NCBI GenBank assembly: GCA_963668175.1
Contig: OY764159.1
Span: forward strand, 2,752,001-2,816,000
Direction: 5' to 3'
Source of the DNA: Syntrophales bacterium
Lineage (GTDB): Bacteria; Desulfobacterota; Syntrophia; Syntrophales; PHBD01
DNA length: 64,000 nucleotides
Shown here piece after piece: positions 39,887 to 50,132 of the stretch; within the stretch, counting starts at the first letter, position 1, and each line of letters begins with the position of its first letter. Under the pieces are notes generated by a model. It was not told the origin of the DNA and made no database searches. It was given only the letters and a program-made list of their open reading frames with translations. Made by a program: the position numbers and the translations under genes.

Positions 39887-42817
39887 TCACGGTGTCCTGT
39901 CCAACTCTTTCCTGACGGCCAGTCCGATGCGCTCCTTGATGTAGGGTTTCCTGACGAACGTGCCCGCGCCCAGCGACTGCGCCATCTTGACCCGATCCGT
40001 CTCGGCGAATCCGCTGACGATGATGGCCCTCTGTCCGGGCCTGATTTCCGATATTTGCCTATAGGTCTCGAAGCCGTCGATCCCGCCGTCCATGATCATG
40101 TCCAGAACGATCAGATCGGCTTCTTTCGACTTCAGGTATTCCACGGCCTCTTCGCCGCTCGGCACCGTGTCGACGCTGTAACGGAGCCGGGTCAGGATGC
40201 TTTCGGCGAGTTCTCTCTGGGCCTTCATGTCGTCCACGACGAGAATCTTTTCGCCGCGTCCCGTATAGTCGGCTTCCGGCACGGCGATATCCTCCTCTTC
40301 GTCCGCTTCCTGGGTTACCGGGAAATAGAGGCGGAATGTCGTGCCTTTGTCCTTTACGCTTGCGACGTCGATGTAGCCGTCGTGGTCCTTCACGGTCCCC
40401 CAGACCACGGAGAGCCCCAGTCCCGTTCCGCTCCGGCCCATCGTCTTCTTCGTGTAGAACGGCTCGAAAATGTGTTTCATGTCGTCGTCCGCTATGCCTT
40501 CGCCGCTGTCGGAGACGGCGAGGACCACGTAATCCCCTTCCCGCATTTCTTCGTAGCCGTTGACCTGCCGGTCCAGATACCGGTTCTCCGTCCGGATGAG
40601 GACCTCGCCGCCCGACGTCATGGCCTCGGCCGCATTAAGGACAAGATTCATCAGGGTCTTCGCGATATGGACCTGCGAGCCCCTGATCCTCAGGAGTCCG
40701 TTTTCCTGTTCCGTTCTCACCCTCACGTTCGGATGCAGGGACATCATTTTGAAGTGCTCCGGCGAGGCGAGGTATTCCAGTATCGTCTTGTTGAGATTGA
40801 TCACCGTCGTCGTCTGCACGCCGCGGCGCGCCAGGGTGAGCAGGTCCTGGACGATGGTCGCGGCCCGCTCGCCGCCGGCCGTGATGTTACGGGCGTCCGT
40901 CCGCCGCGGATCGGATTCGTCCAGTTTGTCGTGGAGAAGCTCCGCGTATCCGACAAGAATCCCGAGGGCATTGTTCAGGTCGTGGGCGACGCCTCCGGCC
41001 AGGATCCCCAGGGCCTCCATCTTTTCCGCCCTTTGCAGTCGATCCTGCAGGGCGATGCGCTCTTCCTCGCCGCGCTTCCTTGCGGTAATGTCCGTGAGCA
41101 TGGCGAAAGACCCGGCAAAGCGCCCCCGATCGTCGTGAACGGCCTTCGCAGAGAGTTGCGTCCATAACGCGGAACCGTCCTTCCGGCGGAAACGGCGTTC
41201 GTAGACCTCATCCTTGCCCTCGTGACGCTCCTTCATAAGCCGTTCGTGAGAAGGCAGATCGTCGGGAAAGAAGAACTCCTCGACCGGCCTGCCGAGCATC
41301 TCTTCCTGTTCGTAACCCAGAATATCGGCCATGGCCCGATTGACGTACGTGGTCCGGTGACCGGCGTCTATCGCCCATATGCCTTCGGTTGCCGTGTCGA
41401 TCAGGAGCCGGTATTTCTCCTCGCTCTTCCGCAGGGCCTCCTCCGCCTCCCTGCGTTCGGTGATATTGCGGACGAAAATGAAGCACTGGTCGCCCGACGG
41501 CAGGTAATTGACCATGACTTCGGCGTCGATGATGCGGCCGCTCTTCGTGCGATGACGCGTCACGAAGGCGGCATGGCCTTCCTTGCGGATGTCCCGTATA
41601 ATGCATTTCATTTCTTCGGGAGAAATCTGCACCTCGACATCCCTGACGCTGAGGGTCAGCATTTCCTCGCGGGTATAGCCCAGCATGAGGCAGGCGGACT
41701 CGTTGACATCGACGAAACGTCCTGTTTCCGCGTCGACGATCCAGAAACCGTCCTGCGCCGTCTTCAGGATCAACGCCAGCCTGTCAAGCTCCAGATTGAG
41801 CCTCTTCTCGCTTTCCTTCAGGACCTCTTCCGTCGCCTGCCTCTGGAGCAGCTCCCTGCTCAGATCGTCGGTTTTTTCCCGGACCTTCCTCGCGAGGGAC
41901 CGGTTCCACGCATAAATGGCGATGGATAAGAGGATAATGGCAATCAGGAGAAGAACGATGACAGTCATGACGGCTTTGGTCGCGAAGGGAATGCTCCGGT
42001 CGACGCGGACCCAGCGGCGGTAGATTTCCTCGCGCTCGGCGGGGCTTACGGCGGACAATCCCTTCTCCAGTATCCCGTTGATCATCGGCCGGTCTTTGCG
42101 GGACGCGAAACTGAGGTCGTAGGCGAAGCCGCTCTCGCCCGCTATGCGGAGATTGGTGATCTTGTACCTGTCGATGATGTAAGAGGCGCTGGCAGTGTCG
42201 GCGACGATGGCGTCGACCTCGCTGAACGAGAGCATCTTGAGGCCGTCGACTTCGTCGTCCACGGGAACGAGATGAAGCCCCGGGTATTTTTCCCGGAGAT
42301 AGGCTTCTACGGCGTACCCCTTGCCCACGGCCACGCGGTATCCTGTGAGCTTTTCGGGCGAGAGCGTTTCCGAGATCTCCTTCTTGACGATGATGACGGC
42401 GGGCACGGAAATATACGGGGAAGTGAAGTTCAGGTATTTCGAACGGTCCTCGTTCTTCATGAGGGAGGTGACGACGTCGGCCTGTCCACGCTGCACTTTC
42501 TTGAGGGCCTCGGCCAGGTTCTCCCCCTTTTCCATGACGAACGTTATGCCGAGCTTCTTCTCGATAAGGCGGAGATAATTCACGGATATGCCTTGCGGCT
42601 TTCCGTCGTCGCCGACGAAGATGAAAGGGGCGTAGTTGCGTTCCGGTATCACCCGGATGACGGGGTGCTCAGTGAGCCACGCCCGTTCGCCGGCGTTCAG
42701 GATATCCGCGTCGCTTTGCGCGGCGGCGTACTGCGGCGTCAGCACAACGGCCGCCATCGCGGACAGGAGGAGCCATATCCGAACCAGTCTATGGATAGAA
42801 CTTGCGAATCCGTTCAT
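39887..42817 (-). CDS. Hybrid sensor kinase (periplasmic binding domain-PAS-PAS-HisKA-HATPase-REC)
   Basis: L...E.AWL..HP.I PBPb start, PAS motifs, LAGGVAHDLNN, PFYTKK..G.SGTGLGL, C-terminal receiver. Confidence 0.95.
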   Translation of the reverse strand: MNGFASSIHRLVRIWLLLSAMAAVVLTPQYAAAQSDADILNAGERAWLTEHPVIRVIPERNYAPFIFVGDDGKPQGISVNYLRLIEKKLGITFVMEKGENLAEALKKVQRGQADVVTSLMKNEDRSKYLNFTSPYISVPAVIIVKKEISETLSPEKLTGYRVAVGKGYAVEAYLREKYPGLHLVPVDDEVDGLKMLSFSEVDAIVADTASASYIIDRYKITNLRIAGESGFAYDLSFASRKDRPMINGILEKGLSAVSPAEREEIYRRWVRVDRSIPFATKAVMTVIVLLLIAIILLSIAIYAWNRSLARKVREKTDDLSRELLQRQATEEVLKESEKRLNLELDRLALILKTAQDGFWIVDAETGRFVDVNESACLMLGYTREEMLTLSVRDVEVQISPEEMKCIIRDIRKEGHAAFVTRHRTKSGRIIDAEVMVNYLPSGDQCFIFVRNITERREAEEALRKSEEKYRLLIDTATEGIWAIDAGHRTTYVNRAMADILGYEQEEMLGRPVEEFFFPDDLPSHERLMKERHEGKDEVYERRFRRKDGSALWTQLSAKAVHDDRGRFAGSFAMLTDITARKRGEEERIALQDRLQRAEKMEALGILAGGVAHDLNNALGILVGYAELLHDKLDESDPRRTDARNITAGGERAATIVQDLLTLARRGVQTTTVINLNKTILEYLASPEHFKMMSLHPNVRVRTEQENGLLRIRGSQVHIAKTLMNLVLNAAEAMTSGGEVLIRTENRYLDRQVNGYEEMREGDYVVLAVSDSGEGIADDDMKHIFEPFYTKKTMGRSGTGLGLSVVWGTVKDHDGYIDVASVKDKGTTFRLYFPVTQEADEEEDIAVPEADYTGRGEKILVVDDMKAQRELAESILTRLRYSVDTVPSGEEAVEYLKSKEADLIVLDMIMDGGIDGFETYRQISEIRPGQRAIIVSGFAETDRVKMAQSLGAGTFVRKPYIKERIGLAVRKELDRTP

Positions 42818-43517
42818 CGGTCGTTCAATGCCCGTTGCAGGTATGAGTGCCTTACCCGGAAAGGGGAATATCCGTGAGAATGTCCGGGGGGAACGCGAAG
42901 AGTGGCTGAGAAGACTGCAGGAGGAAGAGATGAGGCTTTCTTTCAATCCGGAGATGTTCTGTAACGTAATCCAACGGCGTGTCTCTTTCTGTATAGCCGT
43001 TCATACCGGTATTATCGCAGCGGCGGTGCCCGATTACATCTCTTGGACATCCCGCTTTCCTCATATTTTACCATAGAGGAATACTGGATTCTATATTTAT
43101 TTGAGAAGCTTATTGAATGACTGCCGAAAATGGGGGCCGCAACGAACGGTCGCCGGGTGTGGGCGGATGTCCGCGCCGGCCGCCGAACGGTCGCCAGACG
43201 CCGGGGCGGTTTCTGAGGGTGCTAATTACATTTGAATAATCAGGATATTAGACTGAACTCCCGTTTGCGCGACGCAAGGTAAAAGAAACCCCGGAATCCC
43301 CCATCCAATGCGGCTTTCCCGGCCTTGCCTCTCCGTTGCCATGCCTGTAAAGCGATTGGCCGGCCGCTTTCAAACAAATATTTAAACGCCTTTGAACGTT
43401 TTGTTTAAAAAACGGTGAAAAAAAGGGTGCGAAACGCAGATCGCGCCGGAGAGGCAATCGAATATACCATAATTAATACGGCATGTTGTATGCGTGCACT
43501 AGGCGCACGGATTACTT

Positions 43518-43533
43518 TGGCACGCCTTTTGAA
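43518..43533 (+). promoter_or_regulatory. Putative sigma54 promoter (-24/-12)
   Basis: TGGCACG-cctt-TTGAA versus consensus TGGCACG-N4-TTGCW. Confidence 0.5.
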
Positions 43534-43596
43534 AGAGTAAAAGTCAAAAGAGAAAAAAAGCCCAAAGGGCTATAAACCTAAAGGAGGATACAGATC

Positions 43597-43872
43597 ATGA
43601 AAAAGAGAATTCAAACCTTGTTGGTTTCGGTGTTCGTCGTCCTGACAACGGCTACTTTCGGTTACGCGGAATTTTCCGCCACGGGCGCGGGGAGCTTCCC
43701 CTTCTTCCAGCTCGGATGCCTCATCGTCGGCGGCATGACGATCATCTCCCTCAAACACAAATATGAAAAAATGTACACCAACGAAGCGGTCGGCGCCTTC
43801 GCCCTGTACGCGGTCCTCGTCGCCCTCTTCACGAACCCCGTCATCGACGCCCTGAAGAACCTGGTTGGTTGA
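43597..43872 (+). CDS. Small membrane protein
   Basis: AAGGAGG RBS; signal-like N-terminus plus two TM segments. Confidence 0.75.
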   Translation: MKKRIQTLLVSVFVVLTTATFGYAEFSATGAGSFPFFQLGCLIVGGMTIISLKHKYEKMYTNEAVGAFALYAVLVALFTNPVIDALKNLVG

Positions 43873-43909
43873 TTGAAATCATCATACGGATGGAAAGGAG
43901 GATACGGCC

Positions 43910-44146
43910 ATGGCAGCAACGACTCTGAATCATAAAACGATAGGCGACCTGAAAAAAGTCCTGTCGGTCAGCGCGTGGGGATTCTCGATCGTGATCGTCT
44001 CCTTCCTGTTCCTCTACGTCGGCCTGAAGCTGGACGAATGGCTGGGGACGGCCCCGAACTTCATGTTCGGCCTCTTCTTCCTGGCCCTGGTCACAACGGT
44101 CGGCCGCCTCTACCAGGAGGCCTGGCACCACCGCAAGACGATGTAG
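43910..44146 (+). CDS. AtpZ/AtpI (ATPase gene 1) family membrane protein
   Basis: G..LD.WLGT.P.F motif between two TM helices; AAGGAGG RBS. Confidence 0.8.
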   Translation: MAATTLNHKTIGDLKKVLSVSAWGFSIVIVSFLFLYVGLKLDEWLGTAPNFMFGLFFLALVTTVGRLYQEAWHHRKTM

Positions 44147-44191
44147 CAGGGATCATCCGGACGCGGATTAATAGAATCTGTGTTCCCCTTT

Positions 44192-44234
44192 AAAAGCCCC
44201 CTTAAACCCGCAACCGGGTGAGGGGGCTTTTTTT
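44192..44234 (+). terminator. Rho-independent terminator
   Basis: AAAAGCCCCCT ... AGGGGGCTTTTTT. Confidence 0.8.
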
Positions 44235-44449
44235 ATCCTATAATCTTTCCTGCCCGCTGTTCCCGTCCGCTGCCGATTCATGACGAGCGCATGGTTCGGC
44301 CCCGGCGTCCGCATTGGAAGTTCCGAAAACCTCCGATCACAATCAAAACTTAAAAAACGAAAAGCGAGGGAAGAAAATCGTAATACATGGTCATTTAGTT
44401 ACGGTCCGAATATATAAGCAAGTAATTACCATATTATGCTATATAAAGA

Positions 44450-44478
44450 TTGACAATATAACTATTATCCTCTATAAT
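44450..44478 (+). promoter_or_regulatory. Consensus sigma70 promoter of the toxin/immunity array
   Basis: TTGACA 44450-44455, 17 nt, TATAAT 44473-44478. Confidence 0.8.
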
Positions 44479-44593
44479 ATCGGTACGATAAAACACCTGA
44501 GCAAAATAGCAGGAAAGGCGTTCGGAACGATTCGTGTGATGAAGAGAGACGCAAGTTGAGGGAAAGGGTTCGGTCAGCGAAAGGCGATAAACG

Positions 44594-45148
44594 ATGAATT
44601 CTAAATTGAAGCGGCTGTTTGCATGGAAAAATCGAATTCTTAAGGGTTTCACGCTCTGGCCGACCATTGTGGTGCTATTGTATTTTTTAGAGAGGTGGGT
44701 TTTTTATTATCACGACTATGATTTTTTATTATTTGTCATATTTCTGTTCATATTTCCGGCAGTCTGTTTTATTTGTGCGCTGGTGTTGCTCGTAGTGAGA
44801 AAACCAAAGTCATCTTTATCCTTTCTTACACCCGCGTTGCTTGTGGTCTTTATGTTTTCTTCGTGGGGCGATCCTGTCAGAGATAATTACTACGCTTCAC
44901 GCCACTATGTTGAATTCCAAATCCAGAAAAGATTCTATTTCCCGGAGATGAACGAACCCGATAAGCTGCCCCCTTACAAAGAATGGCCTCTTAACAAGGC
45001 ACGGAGAACTTCAGAGTATACCATCATCTATAATTTGAAAGACTCTGTCGACGAAATAGAAAGACATAAGAAGTACATCAAGAATGGCTGCGGCTACAAT
45101 GTGACTGGAGTCGGCAAACACTTTTATATGCTGGCAGAATGTAAATAG
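44594..45148 (+). CDS. Putative immunity protein 1a (membrane-anchored)
   Basis: 184 aa, AT-rich, N-terminal TM segments plus soluble tail; paralog of 45285..45862. Confidence 0.65.
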   Translation: MNSKLKRLFAWKNRILKGFTLWPTIVVLLYFLERWVFYYHDYDFLLFVIFLFIFPAVCFICALVLLVVRKPKSSLSFLTPALLVVFMFSSWGDPVRDNYYASRHYVEFQIQKRFYFPEMNEPDKLPPYKEWPLNKARRTSEYTIIYNLKDSVDEIERHKKYIKNGCGYNVTGVGKHFYMLAECK

Positions 45149-45176
45149 AATGACAGAATAAAAGGAGGGCTGGAAG

Positions 45177-45281
45177 ATGGGACGGTACGGAACAGATCAT
45201 TTCTTTGTTAAAGATGAAGACAAAAAGGAAGTTGCGGCAAAGTATCTTAAAGACGCAAATGCACTCTGCGAAAGGCGATAA
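45177..45281 (+). pseudogene. 5' remnant of an effector-1 paralog
   Basis: MGRYGTDHFFVKDEDKKEVAAKYLKDAN is nearly identical to the start of 45894; similarity ends at 45261. Confidence 0.85.
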
Positions 45282-45284
45282 ACG

Positions 45285-45862
45285 ATGACTTCTAAATTGA
45301 GGCGTCTGTTTGCATGGAAAAATCGAATTCTTAAGGGTTTCACGCTTTGGCCGACCATCGTGATGTTGTCGTTTCTCTTGGAAGAGTGGGTATTTTATTA
45401 TCGCGACATTTATGATATCGGAATTCCTTTAGTCGTTATATTGGTGTTAATATTCCCGGCAGTCTGTTTTATTTGGGCGCTGGTTTTGCTCGGAAGAAAA
45501 AAAAACCGAAGTCGTCTTTATCCTTTCTTACCCCGGCATTGCCTCTGGTCTTTTTTTTATTTTCTCCATGGAGTGATCCTGTCAGAGATATTTTCTCCGA
45601 TTCGCGCCACTATGTTGAATTCCAAATCCAGAAAAGCTTTTATTTCCCGGAAATGAACGAACCCGATAAGCTGCCTCCCTACAAAGAATGGCTTATCAAA
45701 GAGCGTCATAATGTCTCTACGTATTCAATCGTTTACGATTCAAATGACTCCCTGAATGAGAGAGAAAAGAAAAAAGCAGAATTGCATGGCCCTCAACAAT
45801 GGGGTTACAGCATAAAGAAAGTTGGCAAACACTTCTACATGCTGCATGAATTTTATTATTAA
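45285..45862 (+). pseudogene. Putative immunity protein 1b, frameshifted at an A9 tract
   Basis: ORFs 45285..45656 and 45473..45862 together align with 44594..45148; frame switch at the A-run 45497-45505. Confidence 0.8.
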
Positions 45863-45893
45863 AACTGTTTTAAATTAGAAGGAGGGCTGGAAG

Positions 45894-47174
45894 ATGGGTA
45901 GGTACGGAACAGATCATTTCTTTGTTAAAGATGCAAACAAAAAGGACGTTGCGGCAAAGTATCTTAAAGACGCAAATGGAGACTATATTATGAACCGTTC
46001 AACCGGGCGGCCGTATGTCGTCCCGGCCGATTTTAATTTGGACGCAGTGATTGCAAAATACGAAGTCGATCCTCGGACGCTTCCCGATCTGGAAACAAGT
46101 ATGCAAGCACGCGGGGCGTCTTATGCAAAATTGTATGAGAATTTTCAACGCGGGCGGCCGGACGACTTGCAGAGATCCTATAATGGGAAAGTTGACGCCA
46201 CTTGGGTCAAGGACTTTCAGCCGGCAGCCAGCTACGTGTTCGGCGCGGCATGCGCCGCAGCAGGCTTACCCTTGTGGCAATGCAAAGCGGGCGGGGGGGG
46301 CTATAATCTTGGAACGAAAATCTTTGGAGATGGCCCCAAGAATAAAACGTCCGGCGAATTTGGCAACAATCCGGACAATGTTCAACACATCGAACAGGGC
46401 TACCGCAGTCAAACGTCTCCAGATGCTCCAAAGACGACCGGGAAATATGTTCCGGTGGAGGGGGGCGGCATCGATGCGGCGGTCAAAGCCGGGATCTATG
46501 CAGTCGAACCGGGCAATGTCCTTGGCGATATCGCAGCCAAATTTCATACCACCGTTCAAAAAATCATGGAGGCGAATCCCGATATCAAGAATCCGGATTC
46601 GATCCGCCCCGGACAGCGAATCGTATTGCCGAAAGACGACCCCTCCGGCCCCGCCGACAACAAGAAGGACCCCGATCCCGACCGGCAGGGCGCGACAGAC
46701 AAGGGAACGATCAATTCGCAACATAGCCAAAGCATCATCCATGATGGCGGGTTCACACAGATCGCCTCAAGCGCCGGCCCGGATGTTAGCGATAACACCG
46801 CTGCTTCCGCTCCTGCCGATGATGCGCCGGCGGGCTTTCCCGATGCTCCGTTGCGGCATGCGCTGGATGCGCTGGGCGTGAAGCCCCGCGATGTGCAATT
46901 CACCCCGGCGGAGGCGGACGATGAGAAAGAGACGCCGGACTCTTTCGACATCAGAGATAACGACACAGCGGAAAAAATCGGCTCTTATGCGGGAACCCCC
47001 ACCGGCTGCGAAATGACCGTGGGCGACAGGAAGGTCGTAATGGACCGGATGAGCGGTAATGACATTCACCTGCAAACGTATGCCAAAAACGACGATGGAG
47101 ATTTTGAACTCGTTGGGACAACGCGAATCGGCGACAACGACGGGATTACCGTGAGAAGGCCTTTTGCCGCATAG
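45894..47174 (+). CDS. Effector 1: Ntox44-like domain + LysM + conserved C-terminal domain
   Basis: F..G...D.QR....F...A.Y.FG....AAG.P......GG.Y...N...I..GY toxin-like motif; LysM YAVEPG..L..IA.KF......NP.I.NP..I.PGQ.I.LP; CTD 46848-47174. Confidence 0.7.
   Translation: MGRYGTDHFFVKDANKKDVAAKYLKDANGDYIMNRSTGRPYVVPADFNLDAVIAKYEVDPRTLPDLETSMQARGASYAKLYENFQRGRPDDLQRSYNGKVDATWVKDFQPAASYVFGAACAAAGLPLWQCKAGGGGYNLGTKIFGDGPKNKTSGEFGNNPDNVQHIEQGYRSQTSPDAPKTTGKYVPVEGGGIDAAVKAGIYAVEPGNVLGDIAAKFHTTVQKIMEANPDIKNPDSIRPGQRIVLPKDDPSGPADNKKDPDPDRQGATDKGTINSQHSQSIIHDGGFTQIASSAGPDVSDNTAASAPADDAPAGFPDAPLRHALDALGVKPRDVQFTPAEADDEKETPDSFDIRDNDTAEKIGSYAGTPTGCEMTVGDRKVVMDRMSGNDIHLQTYAKNDDGDFELVGTTRIGDNDGITVRRPFAA
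46848..47174 (+). repeat. Conserved C-terminal domain, copy 1 of 5
   Basis: PLRHA..ALG...EKIGS...TPTGCEMT.GDRKVVMD..SG.D..L.TYAKND.G...L.G.TRIGDNDG.T.RRPF. Confidence 0.95.
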
Positions 47175-47333
47175 TGCCGCGTCGTCCGGCGGACGCCGCC
47201 GGGCGGCGCACGGCAACGCCATGGCCGGTTAGCGGTTTTCCCCATTTGGGATACCCGGACGGCGGATGAAAGGAACCCGGGCCGGAAAAAAAGTGACGAG
47301 AGCGTGCAGGATACTAACTTTCGGAGGTGGAAG

Positions 47334-48179
47334 ATGGGACGTTTGAGGATGCCGGCCATATGCGCAGTAGCGCTTTTCATGACGATGTTGTTGTATTCGA
47401 CGGCGTCGGCCGCAGGCACCGACGTCGTTTACGTTGCGAAAGACATCGAATACGTCGGGAAAAAGACGTTACCTCTGCAGGAGGTCTTCGGCACGCCGGA
47501 GCCGTGGCATGTTACGGTCCAGGAAGATAAGGATATCGACGAATGGGATTACTTCATGGATCCCAAGGCCACGGACAGACCGGCGCGAATATGTTTCTGG
47601 GCCGATCCGGATAAGAAAGATCGGAAATGCGAAATTGCTGCGTTGAAATTATGCTTTCGTACCCCAAAGGGTCTCTCGTGCGAACCCACCTATACGTTCC
47701 AGTTTTTTGAGGACATGAAAGTTATCGATCTGAAAAAGGCCGGAAAGCCCCGCCAGGGCATTCTCTTTACCATAGTAAATAGAGGATATCACCTTAGCTG
47801 GGCGAGGCATCGACATCTCACCCTTTTCTCCATATGGGTTTACGACGAGAAAAAAGAAGCTTTCAAGAGAGCCCTTGAAGTCGCGCTCACGGAGCAGGGA
47901 GAGTTTAAATACGAGTTTCCCCCCTCCGCCAAGCTGGATGGCATCGCCGTCGGCGCCGACTTCTTTTGGGACATGAGCGATCCTGATGAGCATCGTTATG
48001 GTAAGCATTGGTATATCATCGAAATTTACAGATTGATGGGGAAGGGAATCTACAAATGGATCGGCGCGTATAGGACAGACAAAAAATACCAGAGTATGGC
48101 CGATAGCGAAGACAGTGTTATTGAACAGGAACTTGGCATCATCAGGAAGGTTGTAAGGAAAAAAGCAAAACAGAAATAG
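47334..48179 (+). CDS. Putative immunity protein 2 (exported)
   Basis: Sec signal peptide (ASA); ends 9 nt before effector 2. Confidence 0.65.
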   Translation: MGRLRMPAICAVALFMTMLLYSTASAAGTDVVYVAKDIEYVGKKTLPLQEVFGTPEPWHVTVQEDKDIDEWDYFMDPKATDRPARICFWADPDKKDRKCEIAALKLCFRTPKGLSCEPTYTFQFFEDMKVIDLKKAGKPRQGILFTIVNRGYHLSWARHRHLTLFSIWVYDEKKEAFKRALEVALTEQGEFKYEFPPSAKLDGIAVGADFFWDMSDPDEHRYGKHWYIIEIYRLMGKGIYKWIGAYRTDKKYQSMADSEDSVIEQELGIIRKVVRKKAKQK

Positions 48180-48188
48180 GAGTGAGAA

Positions 48189-49355
48189 ATGACAAGCAGC
48201 GAGTTCAAGCCGAGCAAATTCAAGGCAGAGGGAATTGAGGGGAACAGTATTGCAACATACTATGACTATGAGAACGGAACGAAACTGGAGATAAAGGGCG
48301 CGGTTCCTGCGGTGCGCTTTAATAACCCGGGCAATATCGCCTGCAATGATCTCAACGATAAGACGGGAAGATGGGTTTCAAGTCAGGGAGCGATCGGTTG
48401 CGCGCAAGGCCGGGCCGTCTTCCCGGACGTCGAGACGGGTTCTCAAGCGATGAGGAACAACCTTGAACGTAAATTTGGGGATTATACGGTTCGCGACATG
48501 CTCTTCGGCGAATACGAATACAACTATGGTCCCGATAAAGTGACACCCGTCAGCATCAAGAAAACGATCAGAGCCGGATACTGCCCCGAGTGGTACCCGG
48601 ACAAGAAGGGAGTCCTTCGGCGTCAGGATACGGAGTCTTACGCGCGGCTTCTCGAAAAGGGTTCCGATGCCAAGGAGACCGACGACCTCAAATCGTAGCC
48701 TATCAACGAACTCGGCAGCAAAATATTCGAGAAGGTTATTCAGAAGATGAAGACGCACGAAGGCTTCTTCAGCCCGCGTAATCAGGGAACGAAAACGTTT
48801 TACGAAAAAGATGGAAAAGTCATCAAACTGAACGAACTGGATAAGAATCTTCGGGAGGGCATTACTCCGGAAAAACCGACCATGATAGCGTATGCCAACG
48901 GCGTGCATACCGATGCGCCCGACGCGGGGAAGACTCTTGAGAATGTTGAAGCAGGATTATCTGGAAAACTGTTGCCCGCAAATATCGACACGGATGGAAC
49001 GGCCGGTTTGCTCGACGCCCCGAATGCTCCGTTGCGGCACGCGATGGCTGCTCTGGGATTGAAGCCCGAAGAAGTGCATATAACCCCGGCGGAGGCGGAC
49101 GATGAGAAGGAGACATCGGAATCCCTCGAGATCAGAGATAACGACACAGCGGAAAAAATCGGCTCTTATGCGGGAACCCCCACCGGTTGCGAAATGACCG
49201 CAGGCGACAGGAAGGTCGTGATGGACCGGATAAGCGGCAGCGACGTCAGCCTGCAAACATACGCCAAAAACGACGAAGGAGAATATGAACTCCTGGGGAC
49301 GACACGAATCGGCGACAACGACGGGGTGACCCTGCGACGGCCGTTTCCGGGATAG
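48189..49355 (+). pseudogene. Effector 2: NNPGN lysozyme-like domain + conserved C-terminal domain, interrupted by an in-frame TAG
   Basis: ORFs 48189..48698 and 48747..49355 share a frame and are separated only by TAG 48696-48698; RFNNPGNI...AVFP..E.G..A...L...Y.P...Y motif. Confidence 0.8.
49029..49355 (+). repeat. Conserved C-terminal domain, copy 2
   Basis: Same motif; high nucleotide identity to copies 1 and 3. Confidence 0.95.
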
Positions 49356-49554
49356 TGTTGTGATACAGGCGAATGAAGAGGAGGAAAAAATGGGGCCTGA
49401 AGAGGGAGACAAGACTCAAGAACGCATGAATGGTGAACCAAGGGAAAAAGAAGTCCCCAAAAGGGTTCTTCTAATGTGGAGACTGCTGTTGTTTGCTATC
49501 CTTGCTCTATTGTCATTACTCATGATTCAGATCTTTTATCGGTTCTGGTGTGTA

Positions 49555-49770
49555 TCGATGATACCAACGATAGAGCGACATGACGGGCGATATAGCGGCA
49601 ATCCATGTGAATATGCTAGAGACGTCGGATCACGGACATCGCTTGTATGAAAATTAAGGCACGTATCCAGACGGCTTTAAGGAGTGATCACTTTTATCGA
49701 CAAATCGATCTGCAGTGGTTCGCTATGATGTGCAAAGGATAATACATTTTTCGGGTCAAGCAACAATGGT
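49555..49770 (+). pseudogene. Decayed 3' remnant of an immunity-3 paralog
   Basis: GATGATACCAA..ATAGAGCG and CAAATCGATCTGCAGTGGTTC..TATG.TGTG blocks also occur at the 3' end of 50133..50789. Confidence 0.65.
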
Positions 49771-49842
49771 GCATGGGCATGCGTAATCCCGGTCATTGAT
49801 ATTCAGTGTATTGAAGAGAAGATTTAGGAAAGAGTGTAGAAA

Positions 49843-50073
49843 ATGAGTGGAGAGAAACAGACTACCATATGGGAACCAAAAACCTTTGATTGCATCAGAC
49901 AGAACAGTTCTATTTTTAAATCCGTTGCAGAACGGATAGGAATCCCCCCGGAAGCCCTCGCCGGCGCCATGGCAAGAGAGAATAACGCCTATAACCATCA
50001 TAGAGGCCGGGAAATATTCATGGACATATGGGCCTTAAAGTGTGTTCCGAACGTGGCGGCGTCATTTATTTAG
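49843..50073 (+). pseudogene. 5' remnant of an effector-3 paralog
   Basis: WEPKT.DCIRQNSSIFKSVA.R.GI..EALAGAMA.ENN.Y shared with 50877..52454; truncated at 76 aa. Confidence 0.85.
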
Positions 50074-50132
50074 GTTGCGGCAAGGGAGATTCACGGTAGG
50101 AGAAATCATAAAATCTCAGGGATGCCGAAATA

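Noticed and set aside
49360..49650. ORF 49360..49650 as an intact gene
   Set aside because: Its 3' part overlaps the decayed immunity-3 remnant, so it is more likely a fragment than a complete protein
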